DNA from: Corallochytrium limacisporum Hawaii
Lineage: Eukaryota > Protista > Pluriformea
Assembly (NCBI GenBank): GCA_002811645.1
Contig: PDIP01000004.1
Location: 62,001 to 126,000 of the forward strand
Length of the DNA: 64,000 nucleotides
Direction: 5' to 3'
Made by a program: the position numbers and the translations under genes. Position 1 is the stretch's first letter; each line of letters starts with the position of its first letter. The notes beneath the pieces are model-generated. The model saw only the letters and a program-made list of their open reading frames with translations. It did not search any database and had not been told where the DNA came from. Positions 1 through 11,707 of this stretch are shown here, one piece after another.

Positions 1-253
1 TCTGCTGGTGGCCATGTGAGAGAGGGGGGGATGCAGTGGTGAAAGGAGAAAAAAAAGGCCAATCTTTGGAGTGCGGCGGTCTCTCCTCCACAGGGTCAGC
101 GACAGTGGCCTCTACTGGCGCACGGACCTGCAAAGTTTGCTTGTTTAGATGGTTTTTGAGAGTGTCTATTCGTTCACAAACAGATAGATCGTGATTACAG
201 AGAACAAGGACTATTTTGCTGTCTTCCATATATACACACTTTGAATCATCAAT

Positions 254-1867
254 ATGTCGGACGGGTTCAGCAGTGCCTTTGGCCAGCTTTCGATTGCGGA
301 AACAGCTGAGGAGAAGCTCGAGCTCATAAACCGCAATCTGGATGAGGTGCTCGGTAGCAAGAAGCTGGAAGAAATCGTGAAAGAGAGGCCCCTCAAGATT
401 TACTGGGGTACTGCTACCACGGGAAAGCCTCATATCGCCTACTTTGTTCCCATCTCAAAGATTGCCGACTTCTTGCGGGCAGGATGTGAGATTACAATTT
501 TGTTCGCCGACTTGCATGCTTACTTGGATAACATGAAGGCACCTTGGGACCTCCTGCAACTGCGTGTCAAGTACTACGAGGCTGTTATCAAGTCCATGTT
601 GGAGTCTATTGGTGTGCCCCTTGATAAACTAAAGTTTGTGCAGGGTACCAGCTTTCAGCTGTCTCGGGAATACACTCTTGATGTATACAAGATGAGCAGT
701 TTGGTAACGGAGCATGATGCCAAGAAGGCTGGTGCCGAGGTGGTCAAGCAAGTTGAGAGCGCTTTGCTCTCCGGTCTTCTGTACCCTGGTCTGCAGGCTC
801 TTGACGAGCACTACCTCGGTGTAGATGCCCAATTTGGCGGTGTTGACCAGCGCAAGATTTTCGTATACGCTGAAAAGTACCTTCCCATCCTCGGCTATGA
901 GAAGCGTATCCATCTCATGAACCCCATGGTCCCAGGCCTAACTGGCGCCAAGATGAGCTCTTCCGAAGTCGATTCAAAGATTGACCTGCTCGACAGTGCC
1001 AAGGATGTCGCAAAGAAAGTCAAGAAGGCCTTCTGTGAGGAGGGTGTCATTGAGGGCAACGGTGTGCTGGCCTTCTGCCGAACGGTAATCTTCCCTCTGC
1101 TTAAGGGCGCTGGTAAGGTCTTTGATATCAAACGCAAGGAGGAATACGGTGGCAACGTCTCATTCGACACGTACGAACACCTCGAAGCCGCCTTCATTGA
1201 CAAGAAAATTTTCCCATTGGATCTGAAGCAGGCAGTTATTGATTACCTGAACGGACTCCTGGAGCCCATCCGTCGCAAGTTTGCAGAGTCCAAGGAGTTG
1301 CAGGAGATCACTGCCAAGGCCTATCCCAAGGAGGCCAAGAAAGCCGCAGTGAAAGTTGTGGAGAATCGGGAGGCGGACATCAGCCGGTGTGACATCCGAA
1401 TCGGACAAATCAAGAGCATCGAGCCGGTTGAGAACGCGGACTCGCTGTTTAAGGAGATGATTGATGTGGGTACTGGATCCGATGTCCAGGTTGTGAGTGG
1501 ATTACGGAAGTTCTACAAAGAAGAGGACCTGCTTGGCAAAAAAGTTGCTGTGCTTTGCAATATGAAGCCTTCTCGTATGAAAGGAGTTGAGTCCAAGGCC
1601 ATGGTCTTGGCAACTGCAAGTGAAGACGGGAGCATCGTCGAAGTGCTCGAAGTTCCTGAGGGGGCTACCATTGGCGAGCGCGTGATTTGTGATGGTTATG
1701 ATGCCGAGCCCGACGAGCAGTTGAACCCACGGAGAAAGGTTTGGGAGAAGTGCGCTGTTGACCTCAAGGTCAACGGCAAGGGCGTGGCTACCTACCGCGA
1801 TGTCGAACTTAACACTTCCGGCGGCCCACTGTCCTCGAAGACACTCAAGGATGCTTTCATCCGCTAA
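254..1867 (+). CDS. YARS1: Cytoplasmic tyrosyl-tRNA synthetase with C-terminal EMAP-II-like (OB-fold tRNA-binding) domain
   Basis: [14 protein letters not shown] (HIGH-like), [12 protein letters not shown] and KMSSS motifs; C-terminal DIRIGQI...VVSGL...[19 protein letters not shown] matches the EMAP-II domain. Confidence 0.97.
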   Translation: MSDGFSSAFGQLSIAETAEEKLELINRNLDEVLGSKKLEEIVKERPLKIYWGTATTGKPHIAYFVPISKIADFLRAGCEITILFADLHAYLDNMKAPWDLLQLRVKYYEAVIKSMLESIGVPLDKLKFVQGTSFQLSREYTLDVYKMSSLVTEHDAKKAGAEVVKQVESALLSGLLYPGLQALDEHYLGVDAQFGGVDQRKIFVYAEKYLPILGYEKRIHLMNPMVPGLTGAKMSSSEVDSKIDLLDSAKDVAKKVKKAFCEEGVIEGNGVLAFCRTVIFPLLKGAGKVFDIKRKEEYGGNVSFDTYEHLEAAFIDKKIFPLDLKQAVIDYLNGLLEPIRRKFAESKELQEITAKAYPKEAKKAAVKVVENREADISRCDIRIGQIKSIEPVENADSLFKEMIDVGTGSDVQVVSGLRKFYKEEDLLGKKVAVLCNMKPSRMKGVESKAMVLATASEDGSIVEVLEVPEGATIGERVICDGYDAEPDEQLNPRRKVWEKCAVDLKVNGKGVATYRDVELNTSGGPLSSKTLKDAFIR

Positions 1868-2029
1868 AGAACTCACACCAGTTTCTCGTCTCTGTCACTG
1901 AGTAAAGCAAGTAGCAAGTCAAGTTTTCATTGATCGAAATACATGACGTTATGAGTTTATGATACAAGTATGTAAAAGATGTGTTCAGAGACAAGATTTA
2001 AGAGAAACAAACAAGTGATAAACAGCCGC

Positions 2030-4048
2030 TCAAGGAGTCGCAGGTTCGCTCTTTGAGGATGTGGTGCTAGCGCTCAGATCCTCGCCGAAGACATGCTCTT
2101 CTTCCACGTGGTGACATAAGATACCGGGACTCGGGAAAATTCTGTCACAGCCACCCCACCGACAAGGATAACGCCTACCGGCTCCTTCCTTCAGCTTGCG
2201 ATCGGCAGTTGCCATCATGGAGATCTCAGCGGCACTGTCTGCGCCGGATTGGTGAGCCAGAGACTTGCTCAGATACTGCGATGATGGTTCTGTCCAATTA
2301 GTATAAGGGATAAGCAAGCGGGGACTCTCACTCGACAGGCTACGACCAAAGGTCAAGTCCAATGCGGGGTCCGAACCGCCGGGGCTTGCAACAGTACTGT
2401 TCCATTGGTTGTGAAGCGAAGAGCTGAGATCTTGATGGTGATGCAAAACTCCTCCGTGACTCGGAGTCAGCCGGTGCACTGTGTTTTTGGGAATGCGAAT
2501 ATCAGGAATCTTAGCCACGGGAATGTCCCGGAAGTATGCGTAGATGACTGCAAGTACATCTTGGTGGGCAATGACCACCACAGGTCTATCTTCGCGCTCC
2601 AATTCCACAATGATGGGACGCACACGCTCCATGAGATCCACATAGGACTCGCCACCCTGAGGATACCTGTAGTTCAGAGGATCCGCATGTTGAAGATGAA
2701 TCTCCTCCGGCATAGTCTCAGCGATGTAGTCCGGTGACCTCCCATCTGCGGCCCCGAGGTAGCGCTCATTCAGGATGTTGAACTGCTTGTAGCACCAGTG
2801 GCTTGGGAAGTACTCCGCGGTTTGAGTGGACCGGCGCATCGAGCTGGTCATGCACACCACCTTCCTTTGGCCTTCCAATTCATCGTCCAGAATGCCACCA
2901 AGCATACGCGCATAAAGAACACCACGGGCCGTGAGGCTCGAATCACCTCCCAATTTCCCGCTTCGCCGGTATTGAGTCTCGCCGGACCTCAAAAGGTAGA
3001 TTGGTCGTGGTTTCAGATGGGTGTTCATAAGGAAGAAGACAATCTGACTTCCCAGGTACCCTTCCACCTGGTACGTATCCACCTTCTGTCCAACATTCAT
3101 AATCTTAATATAGCGCATTGCTGGATTTTCCGACTCGTGGACAGTCTGATAGGCCGCTTCATAATGCCTCAACCGCTCCAAAAAATCTGCCTTCGCCTCT
3201 TCCGGGGCCATGTGGCGATAGTCAGGGCTGTTTGCCTTTAGACAGACATTGAAGTTAATTTGCTCCTGGTCATCGCAGAGGATCTCCAGGAAAAGAACAT
3301 CCAGATTGCTCTCCTTCTGGCACCGATTCCAAATCATGCGCCTGCGGTCAGGGTTTGAATTTGTAGCATCCATGATGGCGATTTTCCCATTCTTCTGGAA
3401 CAAATACTCTAACCCTGCCTCCAAAGTGTCCATTGCAATCTGATCCCGTTTCTGTTTTGCTTCCAAGTTAGAAGGGTCGAAGAAGCTTGCCTGATGAACT
3501 GGCATTGCAGCAAGATCTATACCACTATCTTTCTTCAGTTTGAGCCTCCGTCGGGTACCACAGTTGAAGACTTCAACTTTGTACCCACGCCAGGCCAAGT
3601 ATCTACGCAACTTCTTGCTAATAAAACTTTTTCCCCGTGCCGGCAGCCCGACCATGACAATCATCATTTTCTTGTCATCCTTGTTGATCTTGGAATGTGC
3701 TCCCTCGGCCAGTTTTGTTCGAACAATGTGCTCGTCCATGGTCTTTTTGTTCATTACATCTCGGGTAGGAGCTCCCATTGAAAGACCGCTATCGACGTCA
3801 AGATGTAACACCGCGGCCAACTGAAGCAACTCCTGGGTACTATTTCGCTTCGTCCAGCTGCCTTCGAGTGCATTCCGCCCGGGCGATAGGAGAAGTGGGC
3901 TCTGGTTGCCTTGCTCATAGGAATCGAAGTCCTTTATCATTTGGACTCCCACAGGAGCCATTCCCCGAGGACTCTTAACCGGGCGGACATTCGGCCTTGA
4001 AACCGGGATGGGTACAGACTTCTTTTGGCTGCACGACATTCCCGCCAT
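2030..4048 (-). CDS. PFKFB: 6-phosphofructo-2-kinase/fructose-2,6-bisphosphatase family protein with a C-terminal C2H2 zinc finger
   Basis: MVGLPARGKS Walker A, DATN motif, NSPDY; histidine-phosphatase domain reads LLRSGET instead of RHGE, followed by LNE, YRYPQGGESY and VIAHQ; C-terminal C-x4-C-x12-H-x4-H. Confidence 0.95.
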   Translation of the reverse strand: MAGMSCSQKKSVPIPVSRPNVRPVKSPRGMAPVGVQMIKDFDSYEQGNQSPLLLSPGRNALEGSWTKRNSTQELLQLAAVLHLDVDSGLSMGAPTRDVMNKKTMDEHIVRTKLAEGAHSKINKDDKKMMIVMVGLPARGKSFISKKLRRYLAWRGYKVEVFNCGTRRRLKLKKDSGIDLAAMPVHQASFFDPSNLEAKQKRDQIAMDTLEAGLEYLFQKNGKIAIMDATNSNPDRRRMIWNRCQKESNLDVLFLEILCDDQEQINFNVCLKANSPDYRHMAPEEAKADFLERLRHYEAAYQTVHESENPAMRYIKIMNVGQKVDTYQVEGYLGSQIVFFLMNTHLKPRPIYLLRSGETQYRRSGKLGGDSSLTARGVLYARMLGGILDDELEGQRKVVCMTSSMRRSTQTAEYFPSHWCYKQFNILNERYLGAADGRSPDYIAETMPEEIHLQHADPLNYRYPQGGESYVDLMERVRPIIVELEREDRPVVVIAHQDVLAVIYAYFRDIPVAKIPDIRIPKNTVHRLTPSHGGVLHHHQDLSSSLHNQWNSTVASPGGSDPALDLTFGRSLSSESPRLLIPYTNWTEPSSQYLSKSLAHQSGADSAAEISMMATADRKLKEGAGRRYPCRWGGCDRIFPSPGILCHHVEEEHVFGEDLSASTTSSKSEPATP

Positions 4049-7000
4049 CTTTCGTTTACTTTGATTTAGAGTTCAAGAGTTACGTCATGGTGACGTGTTA
4101 CACTGCTCTTCTTAAAAAAGGATTTCACTTAGTCACACTGATTTCTTTAGGGCTCGTGACCTCTGTCACTAGTTCTGTGTACGATGTCCTAAATTTCTAC
4201 AGGTTTCTGGATTCCTTCGACTACCTTTCGCTCCACCGCCGCGTCAAAATAGAATACTCCCCTGACCCCAACCAGGCGAACAGGTTGTCCTTGGGCGCGC
4301 TTCGGTATTGCATGCAATGTCTTGTCGCGTACTCCGAAGCAAAACTTCTCGCTTTCTTCGTATCTCGCAAAACATTCTACACACTCAAAGCGTCCTCAAA
4401 CACTTTGCACCGGTTTCTGCGCACGCAGGAACCTCGCGGGTCCTTGTCATAGTCAGTGCCTCGGAAAAAAACGGAAGCGGAAGAGGAGGGGAGCCAACAC
4501 GTCCACTCTCCATCCTGCGACGTCTTGAGTAAGAACCTCTTAGACTTTTTCTTGTCAACAAACTGCAACCCGCCCAGACCTTGTCGCAGTTTAGTATTCC
4601 AACTGCAGGGGATCGAGGGCTTGGGAAAAAAATGAGGGAGAGAGAGACTCGCCACTTCCCCCCTCCTCGCCTTCCTAGCTTTTTCGTCCACCACCACGCC
4701 CCGACCCTTTTGTTTTCTCCTTGTTACGCGCCGGGCCTTCCCTCCCAGTTTTTTTTTCTGTTGCGAATCACCGCGACTACAAGCGGGGACTGTCGCCGGG
4801 CCCGGTTGGCGCGCCCACAAAATCAAGCGGTGGTCGGTGGTGGTAGCCCAGCGAGGGTGAATGGCTTACTCCGGGGAATGAGGCGGAGAAAGTTTGGCGG
4901 GAGGGGAAGCGCAGGATGGGCATTTAGGCGGGGGGGACCGAGAGTGGGTGATGAATTATGCCAAGAACGGGGAAATCGGTCAGCGCGCAGGAAAGAAAAC
5001 CCCCCTCCCCCCAAAAAAAAGGGGGGAAATTGAAATGGAGGCGCCCTTCGCGGCGCCCTGTGTGACGCGCAGGTTGGTGTACTCGCAAAGCGCGAGGTAG
5101 CAGCGAAGGCTGTTAATTTTCTATGGCACCAGTGGCCAGCCTTTTCTTCCGTCTCACGGCCCGGTGGCGGCAGTGGTGGGTCTCTCACACAACCCGAGAC
5201 CTCACTGCGCTCAACCGGGTTCCGGCTATATAAAGCCAGTACCCCCTCCGCCGCGGCAGCAAAGGCCAAAAAAAAAACTCAATGAGCAGGTGTAGAAATT
5301 CTTTCTCCCGGTGGGCTACCTGCTTGAATGGAGTTTGGCTGGGAGTGCGTACTGAGTCAACCAGCGCAAGGCAGCGGGGCTGCAAGATCATCTTCGGTTC
5401 CCGGAGCACAAATGAACGAGAGTTTCCAGATCCCATTACATTCCTTAATGGCCTGTTTTGTATCATTTCGAATGAGCAATTTGTAATAATGGACAAAAGA
5501 AAGGGTCAGGGCGGCGAAAGCAAAAAAATAAAGTTGAAAAAAAAAGAACTTTTTCTTCAGTTTACACAGCGGCAGCTGCTGCGCTGCGCGGCTGCCAACG
5601 AACCTGTCCCCCCTCGGTTTCCACCGGCTGTGTTCTGTGTTAAAATGTACTGCGCAATAGGTCAGCGGGCGGGGAGGGAGACAGAATGCGGAGGGGTGGG
5701 GGCGATCTTTGTGGCGCAAACGCAGGACAGCAATGGAAGTAAGGGAGGTGCAGCGATGGCCGAGGGATTTCTGGAGAAAAAAGTGTGTGAAAGCCAGGGT
5801 AGCAAAAGGAACGCAGCGACCAGTACTGAAACTACTGCCACTATCGGCCGACCCTGCCTAACGAGATAAATAAACATCGGAACAGCAACGTTGGACTGTG
5901 AGAGCAGCATGGGTTTCCCGCAGAGACCAATGGCCCTTTCAAATTACTGTTGGCTCCAATAGTAATAAATGTACTAATATTCGGACGGTACCAACGGCAC
6001 TTGAAGCAGAATGCTGGCCTAACGAGAGGGCGGTCGAGGACAACAGATTCAACCTTGTACACGCGGTCAGTCTCGGGAGGCGCACTGCCCCGGGATCGCA
6101 GCAAAGCGATTGGGTCCTCAGCAGTAAACGTCGCGTGCAATTATCCTGTATCCGTTACTCAGCATGAAAGAAGAGGACAGATTCTGAATCGGAGCATGTA
6201 GACGCCGTCATCCGAGTTGGATGTCCGTTGTGACTGTGCAGTAGCTGGTACAATGGCCTCTCCTTTGGAACAGCACTCGTCGGGGCCCGAGGGCCCAGCC
6301 TTAATTTTGGGATGGGAGGTTGCATAGTGAATGGCTGGTTTTAGCTCTGGTTGCGGCTGCGGCGGGGGCGGGGGGTTGGCACATACGACGGTTCGTGGCC
6401 AACGGGGTTGTGTTTCATTGGGCACAGAGGCTGCGCTTTGAAACGAACCCCAATTTCTAATTCCCAAGTGCTCGAGATCCCTGGCATCGTCTTGATGAAA
6501 CTATCTCCTTGCCATGCGAGTGGGAGCGCGAATCGGAACCGAGGTCGGCTTGATGTGCATCTCACCCTGCCGCACCGCGGACCCAGTCGCGGTCAAGTTT
6601 GGCACATAGTAGCAATAGTAGCAATAGGAGGACCTGCGTGGCGTATGATTTGTACGCGGATCGAATACGGAGACTTGTGTGCTTTTTCCACTGTGGCGAA
6701 TCAGCGGCCACAGCTCACGACCCTATTTCTCCGTTGATCAGTGTATTCTGATCGTAAAACAAAGAGGAGTCATGGACACTTTTGCACAGTAAATAATGAG
6801 TATTGCACCGATGCACAGTGAGATTGTATGTCTTCCTCTATTGGATTCTGCGCAACTTTCCCCATGGGTTCGTTACCAGTGGAAGAAGGACCACCGGTCT
6901 CCGACAACCCATTTCATTAGCCACTTACTAGGGAGGTCCGGCTGAGCGGCTGGGCGGTTTTCAGGTTCCGTACTGGTCCAATAGTATTCTGCGGAGTCTA

Positions 7001-7994
7001 AATCCTGAGCGAGATTTAACGCCTATGCTGGCCGGTTGTTCCCCAAAATTGATATAAAAGAGTAGCAGCATCGGCAATTGTTGCCCGCACCGCCGTGGTG
7101 TCTGCAGTAGTGCCTGTTGTTGATGGTATATCCTAAGAGCGACATGATGGTGGCGCTAGTAAAAGGTTCATCTTACATACCGACACAAGGTGTCTAAGAG
7201 TTTATACGTCATTCCAGCGTACATTCCCTCATGGCCTTCACACTTTTTGGACCAGTAGATCAGCGGCACTCACAGAGGCATTGAGTACCCCGCCGACACT
7301 TGATGGCAAGGTACGGAGAATTGTACGCGGTACCCAAATAGGTTGGGCCAGGGGGGGAGGGGCAGTCTTCGGCTTGGGTTGCCTCTTTGACACGGCAACG
7401 GGGGTCTCCAGTGATTGATCCTTGGAGGTCCCAGAATTGATCTAATGATCCAGGGCCACCGGACAAGTGAGTGGAGATTTTGTCCCGCCCACTGCGCAGT
7501 ACTTTCAGTAATATGGACCTGTAGCAGATGAGGAAGGCGGTTGCCTTCGGTGGGCACTGAAACTATGGCAGCCATGGAAAAAAGCAATAACACAGCGCAG
7601 GGAGAAGCTTGGGTTTCAGCAAAGAGGGAGGGGCGGTGTGTGTTCACGGGGCCTCATAGTTTTGCCTTTGCTACGCTGGGCTCGGGGTACTGAATGAACC
7701 GAAGTATCGGACCGGTACGGAGCGGTACTCTCAGTATTGACAAATGGTGTGACGTAGGGAGGGCCTGTCTAGAGCACCTGGGACGAGGAGGTGGCACGGC
7801 ACCCCACGGGGGGGGGGGGGTGTATGTGTTATGGCCATGGGATCTGAAGGGGTATGGGTTGTGTACACTATAGTGCGCATTTTTGGTACGCTACAGATGG
7901 TACTAAGGAACTACTAATCAACTTTACCCAAGTTCTCCATACTAAAGGAGATTGTGTCGTTTGCATACTACATTAGCTGGGCACGCTCAAAACG

Positions 7995-9287
7995 ATGGCA
8001 CCTACACCGAGTAAACGTAAACACGCGGAGTTTGCGCTCCTAAGCGCACCGGAGAGGAACTCGATCTCGGGAACTGTTCTGCTCGCTGGCGAGAATATGG
8101 GTGGTATGTTGGGTCTGCCTGAACACATTGCCACACGTCGTAAGGCGTTCAAGAATCCGACCATGCAGCCATTCGATGTGGTTGCAGTCAAGTGCGGTGG
8201 CATGCACTCACTGTTCCTCACCAAGGACGGCCGAGTGTACTCTTGTGGTGTTAACGACGAAGGCGCTCTGGGACGGGAAGGTGACGAGTTTGAGCCGGCC
8301 GAGGTCTCTGGCTTGGAGGGAGTTAACGTGGTATCCATCACGGCCGGTGATAGCCATTCCGCCGCGCTCGCCGATGACGGTAGCGTGTGGGTTTGGGGAT
8401 GCTACCGCGACTCAAACGGAAAGCTTGGCTTCCCTGGAGGTGCTCTTGTCCAGAAGACAGCCGCGTGCATCATTCCTGCACCTAAAAAGCCCAGTGAAAA
8501 GATCATCAAGCTGGTCAGTGGAACGGAGCACACCCTCGCTTTGCAGGCAGATGGTACAGTTCTTTCATGGGGCTGCCCTGAGAATGGCCAGACTGGTAAG
8601 TTCGCTGCCCGCATCAACATTCGGGGCCGCAAGGAGAAGGAATTGACTCCTGGACCGGTGACTTTCGGAAAGCAGAAGGGCGTGCGTGGACAACGTGCGG
8701 TTGATATCTTTGCGGGTGGGTACCATTCTTTCGCCTTATTAGACAACGGTAATGTGATTGGGTTTGGATTAAACAACCACGGACAGCTTGCACTCGACGC
8801 TGATGAAGTCCAGTTCACTATGTTCCCCACAGTCTGCAAGACGATTGCAGACCTAAAGCCTAAGACAATTGCGTGTGGCCAGCACCACACTACCATCCTT
8901 ACAGAATCTGGACGAGTCTTTGCCCTGGGGCGCGGTGACTACGGTCGTCTTGGCACTGGAAATGAGGAGCACGCTCACGCTGGAGGTCCTGTGCCTGTCA
9001 CCGTCCCTCCCGGAAGTAAGGTTGTCAAACTTCACGCGGGGACTGCACAGACCTTCATGATCGATTCCGATGGTAAAGGATGGGCTTGCGGCTTCGGGGA
9101 GAACTACCAGCTGTCCAATGGCGATGACGAAGATCGGAAGACGTTCACAGAGATAGTCTCGCCGCATCTGGAGGGACGCAAAGTCATCGACATATCCTGC
9201 GGTGCTCAGCACACCGCTGTGCTTGCCACCAAGCTGACCAGCGACAAAGAAGGCAAACCCACTCCTAGCAAGACCCCAACCAAGTAG
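7995..9287 (+). CDS. RCC1: Regulator of chromosome condensation (RCC1 beta-propeller, Ran GEF)
   Basis: RCC1 repeats CGGMHSLFL..GRVYSCGVNDEGALGR, AGDSHSAAL, GCPENGQTG, FGLNNHGQL, GRGDYGRLG, GFGENYQL; basic N-terminal tail. Confidence 0.93.
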   Translation: MAPTPSKRKHAEFALLSAPERNSISGTVLLAGENMGGMLGLPEHIATRRKAFKNPTMQPFDVVAVKCGGMHSLFLTKDGRVYSCGVNDEGALGREGDEFEPAEVSGLEGVNVVSITAGDSHSAALADDGSVWVWGCYRDSNGKLGFPGGALVQKTAACIIPAPKKPSEKIIKLVSGTEHTLALQADGTVLSWGCPENGQTGKFAARINIRGRKEKELTPGPVTFGKQKGVRGQRAVDIFAGGYHSFALLDNGNVIGFGLNNHGQLALDADEVQFTMFPTVCKTIADLKPKTIACGQHHTTILTESGRVFALGRGDYGRLGTGNEEHAHAGGPVPVTVPPGSKVVKLHAGTAQTFMIDSDGKGWACGFGENYQLSNGDDEDRKTFTEIVSPHLEGRKVIDISCGAQHTAVLATKLTSDKEGKPTPSKTPTK

Positions 9288-10073
9288 AGTTTAAATTTTG
9301 AACAGAGTTCCAGTAGCCCACAGATGATGAAGCAACAATAGATGAATCAAAAAACGTAGTACATTCGACTCGCCACCAACCATTGGGTACGTGTGCGGAA
9401 AGCAAGGGGAGGGACTGCGCGCTTGGACGAGGGGGCCACGGGGGCCAGTAAGAAAGCGCCTGGGTCCCGTTCCAGAGCGGAAAGGCGTGGATACCGACCT
9501 CCCTCCCCCGCGGGGGTTACAAGCCATAGCCTTCTTCGGCATCTCTGGCTCTTACCTGCCCTAGTTTCATAGTAAAAGCATGGATGTTCCATAGGGTCCG
9601 GTCAGGCCTTATCAATTTCCCCTTCTGCAGCTCTTCCTTCGTTTCAGTATCTCTGCTCCCGCTCCATAGATAATGTACGGAAATATGACGTGGTCGCGTC
9701 CTTCCCCGTTTGCTACTTTGTTTCTGCTGCAGGCGCCAGGCGCTTTGGTTTCGCCGTAGGAATTTAGCAATTGCGGGAGGACGGCCCCGTAGGGGAGGCG
9801 GACGTTAGTGCGGCCAGCTAGATCCGGTTGTCCTTGGGCGGTGATTGAGGAGGCGCAGTCAACCGGGCAGCCTGTCCGAACCCCTCTCGGGGCACAAAGT
9901 ATTTAACTGGACACAACTGCCCGTAAATAATTTGCTATACCACATTTGTTTTACCACAGTGAACCTACGAGCCGCTCAATCAGAGAATGGCCGCGTCAGC
10001 ACAATGTATATTTTCACGGGCGCTCCGACATGAAGCCCCTGGGAACTGTTAGTTCAAGGGACGACAATAGAGC

Positions 10074-11654
10074 ATGAGTACAGAGAGTTTAAGTTCCAGG
10101 ACACCATCTTTGGTGGCCCTGTTTGGCAAGGATGTCGCCGACTGTGGGTACTGCGAAAACAAAATGTGCTCAATAGCCTACGGGATGTGGGCCCACCATT
10201 TGCTGGTAGACGACTACATGAGCCTATTAGATAGAGGTTGGCGACGTTCGGGAAAATTTTTATACAAACCAGCGAATAGTGAAACATGCTGCCCGCAGTA
10301 CACTATTCGACTGGACAGCTCGAAATTCCAAATGACGAAGTCGAAGCGAAAGATAACGAAGAACCTGGCCAAGTTCTTAGACGCGGGTTCGGCAGAGGCA
10401 ATGGACACCTCAGCGGAAAATAAGCCTCTCACCAAAGTCAAATCATCATCAAGCACAGAACGGGGAGCCTCTCCTCTAGCACATAGAATGAATGAAGTGG
10501 TTAATGGAGATGACGAAGGTGCTCCACAAGGATCAGCTACTTCTCTGAATAGTACAGGCAGCAAGGGAAGCACCAATACTCTGCCTGTTGTAAAAGAATT
10601 GTCCAAGGAAGGGGATCTATGGAGCATCTGCAGTGATGATTTGGGTCCACTTCATCACTCATCAAGCTACAATGATATCAGACACTCTCTTCGGGACAAG
10701 TCAAAACTGAAACACAGATCATTCAATAGCATCGGCGATGCTACAAGTATGCACGGGCGGGATTGGGACGACCTGATTGCCCCGGACCACATTATGGTTG
10801 CGGAGTATGTTAGCAAAAGGCATGTGAATTTGGCAATGAAAGGTAAGGCCAAGACATTGACCTTGGAGCTGGCACCCGCAACCTTTCGAGATGATGACTA
10901 CGCGCTGTACAAGAAGTACCAAATGGCGATTCACGGCGAAGACGAGAGCGAGATCAGCAAGCACAGCTACACAAACTTTTTGGTCGCTAGTCCCTTGGTT
11001 GACGTATCATCAGACGAGACCTGGAACACGGTTGGATACGGCACATTCCACCAGCGGTATCTCCTTGATGGCAAGCTGATCGCTTTGGCAATTCTAGATA
11101 TTTTACCACGCTGCGTGTCGTCAGTATACTTCATCTATGACCCGGACTACGGCCAGCTCTCGCTGGGCACATTTTCTGCACTTCAGGAGATCCACTTGAC
11201 GCGGACACTCCGGCAGACGTATGCACCGTTGAAATTCTACTATTTAGGATACTACATTCACTCGTGTCCAAAGATGAGGTACAAGGGTCAGTACAAGCCA
11301 TCGGAACTCTTGTGTCCAGCAACGTATCAATGGATGTACCTCCATGAAGCAGCCAAGTTGCTCGAGAAGTCTAAGTACGCGGAATTCTACGGCACTAGTA
11401 GTAGAATGAAGACCGCCACAGAGGGAACCTCAATTGAAGTGGATGGATCTGATGATTCGGATGTCACGCTGCTAATTGGAGACAAGCTGTTGTCCCTCAA
11501 GGATTTAATCCTATACAGAGGAGGGCCTGACGGTGTGAACCTGCCAGATGGGTCGGAAATCGATGAAGCCATTGAGTTGGCTAGAGAGTTTTGTTTGCTG
11601 GTCGGCAAACGTCTGTCAAGCCAATTCATCTGTCAGGTAAGGAACCTAGATTAG
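10074..11654 (+). CDS. ATE1: Arginyl-tRNA--protein transferase
   Basis: CGYC, LLDRGWRRSGKFLYKP...TCCPQYTIRL, YKKYQMAIH, GTFHQRY, SSVYFIYDPDY, YYLGYYIHSCPKMRYKGQYKPSELLCP. Confidence 0.97.
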   Translation: MSTESLSSRTPSLVALFGKDVADCGYCENKMCSIAYGMWAHHLLVDDYMSLLDRGWRRSGKFLYKPANSETCCPQYTIRLDSSKFQMTKSKRKITKNLAKFLDAGSAEAMDTSAENKPLTKVKSSSSTERGASPLAHRMNEVVNGDDEGAPQGSATSLNSTGSKGSTNTLPVVKELSKEGDLWSICSDDLGPLHHSSSYNDIRHSLRDKSKLKHRSFNSIGDATSMHGRDWDDLIAPDHIMVAEYVSKRHVNLAMKGKAKTLTLELAPATFRDDDYALYKKYQMAIHGEDESEISKHSYTNFLVASPLVDVSSDETWNTVGYGTFHQRYLLDGKLIALAILDILPRCVSSVYFIYDPDYGQLSLGTFSALQEIHLTRTLRQTYAPLKFYYLGYYIHSCPKMRYKGQYKPSELLCPATYQWMYLHEAAKLLEKSKYAEFYGTSSRMKTATEGTSIEVDGSDDSDVTLLIGDKLLSLKDLILYRGGPDGVNLPDGSEIDEAIELAREFCLLVGKRLSSQFICQVRNLD

Positions 11655-11707
11655 TTTCTATAAATGTCTATGTTTCCTTTACAATTCTGTCCTGTATGTC
11701 ATAACTT

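Noticed and set aside
3997-7650. Many 60-195 aa ORFs between PFKFB and RCC1
   Set aside because: Low-complexity GC-rich promoter sequence with no recognisable motifs; the TATATAAA at about 5227 has no identifiable downstream gene
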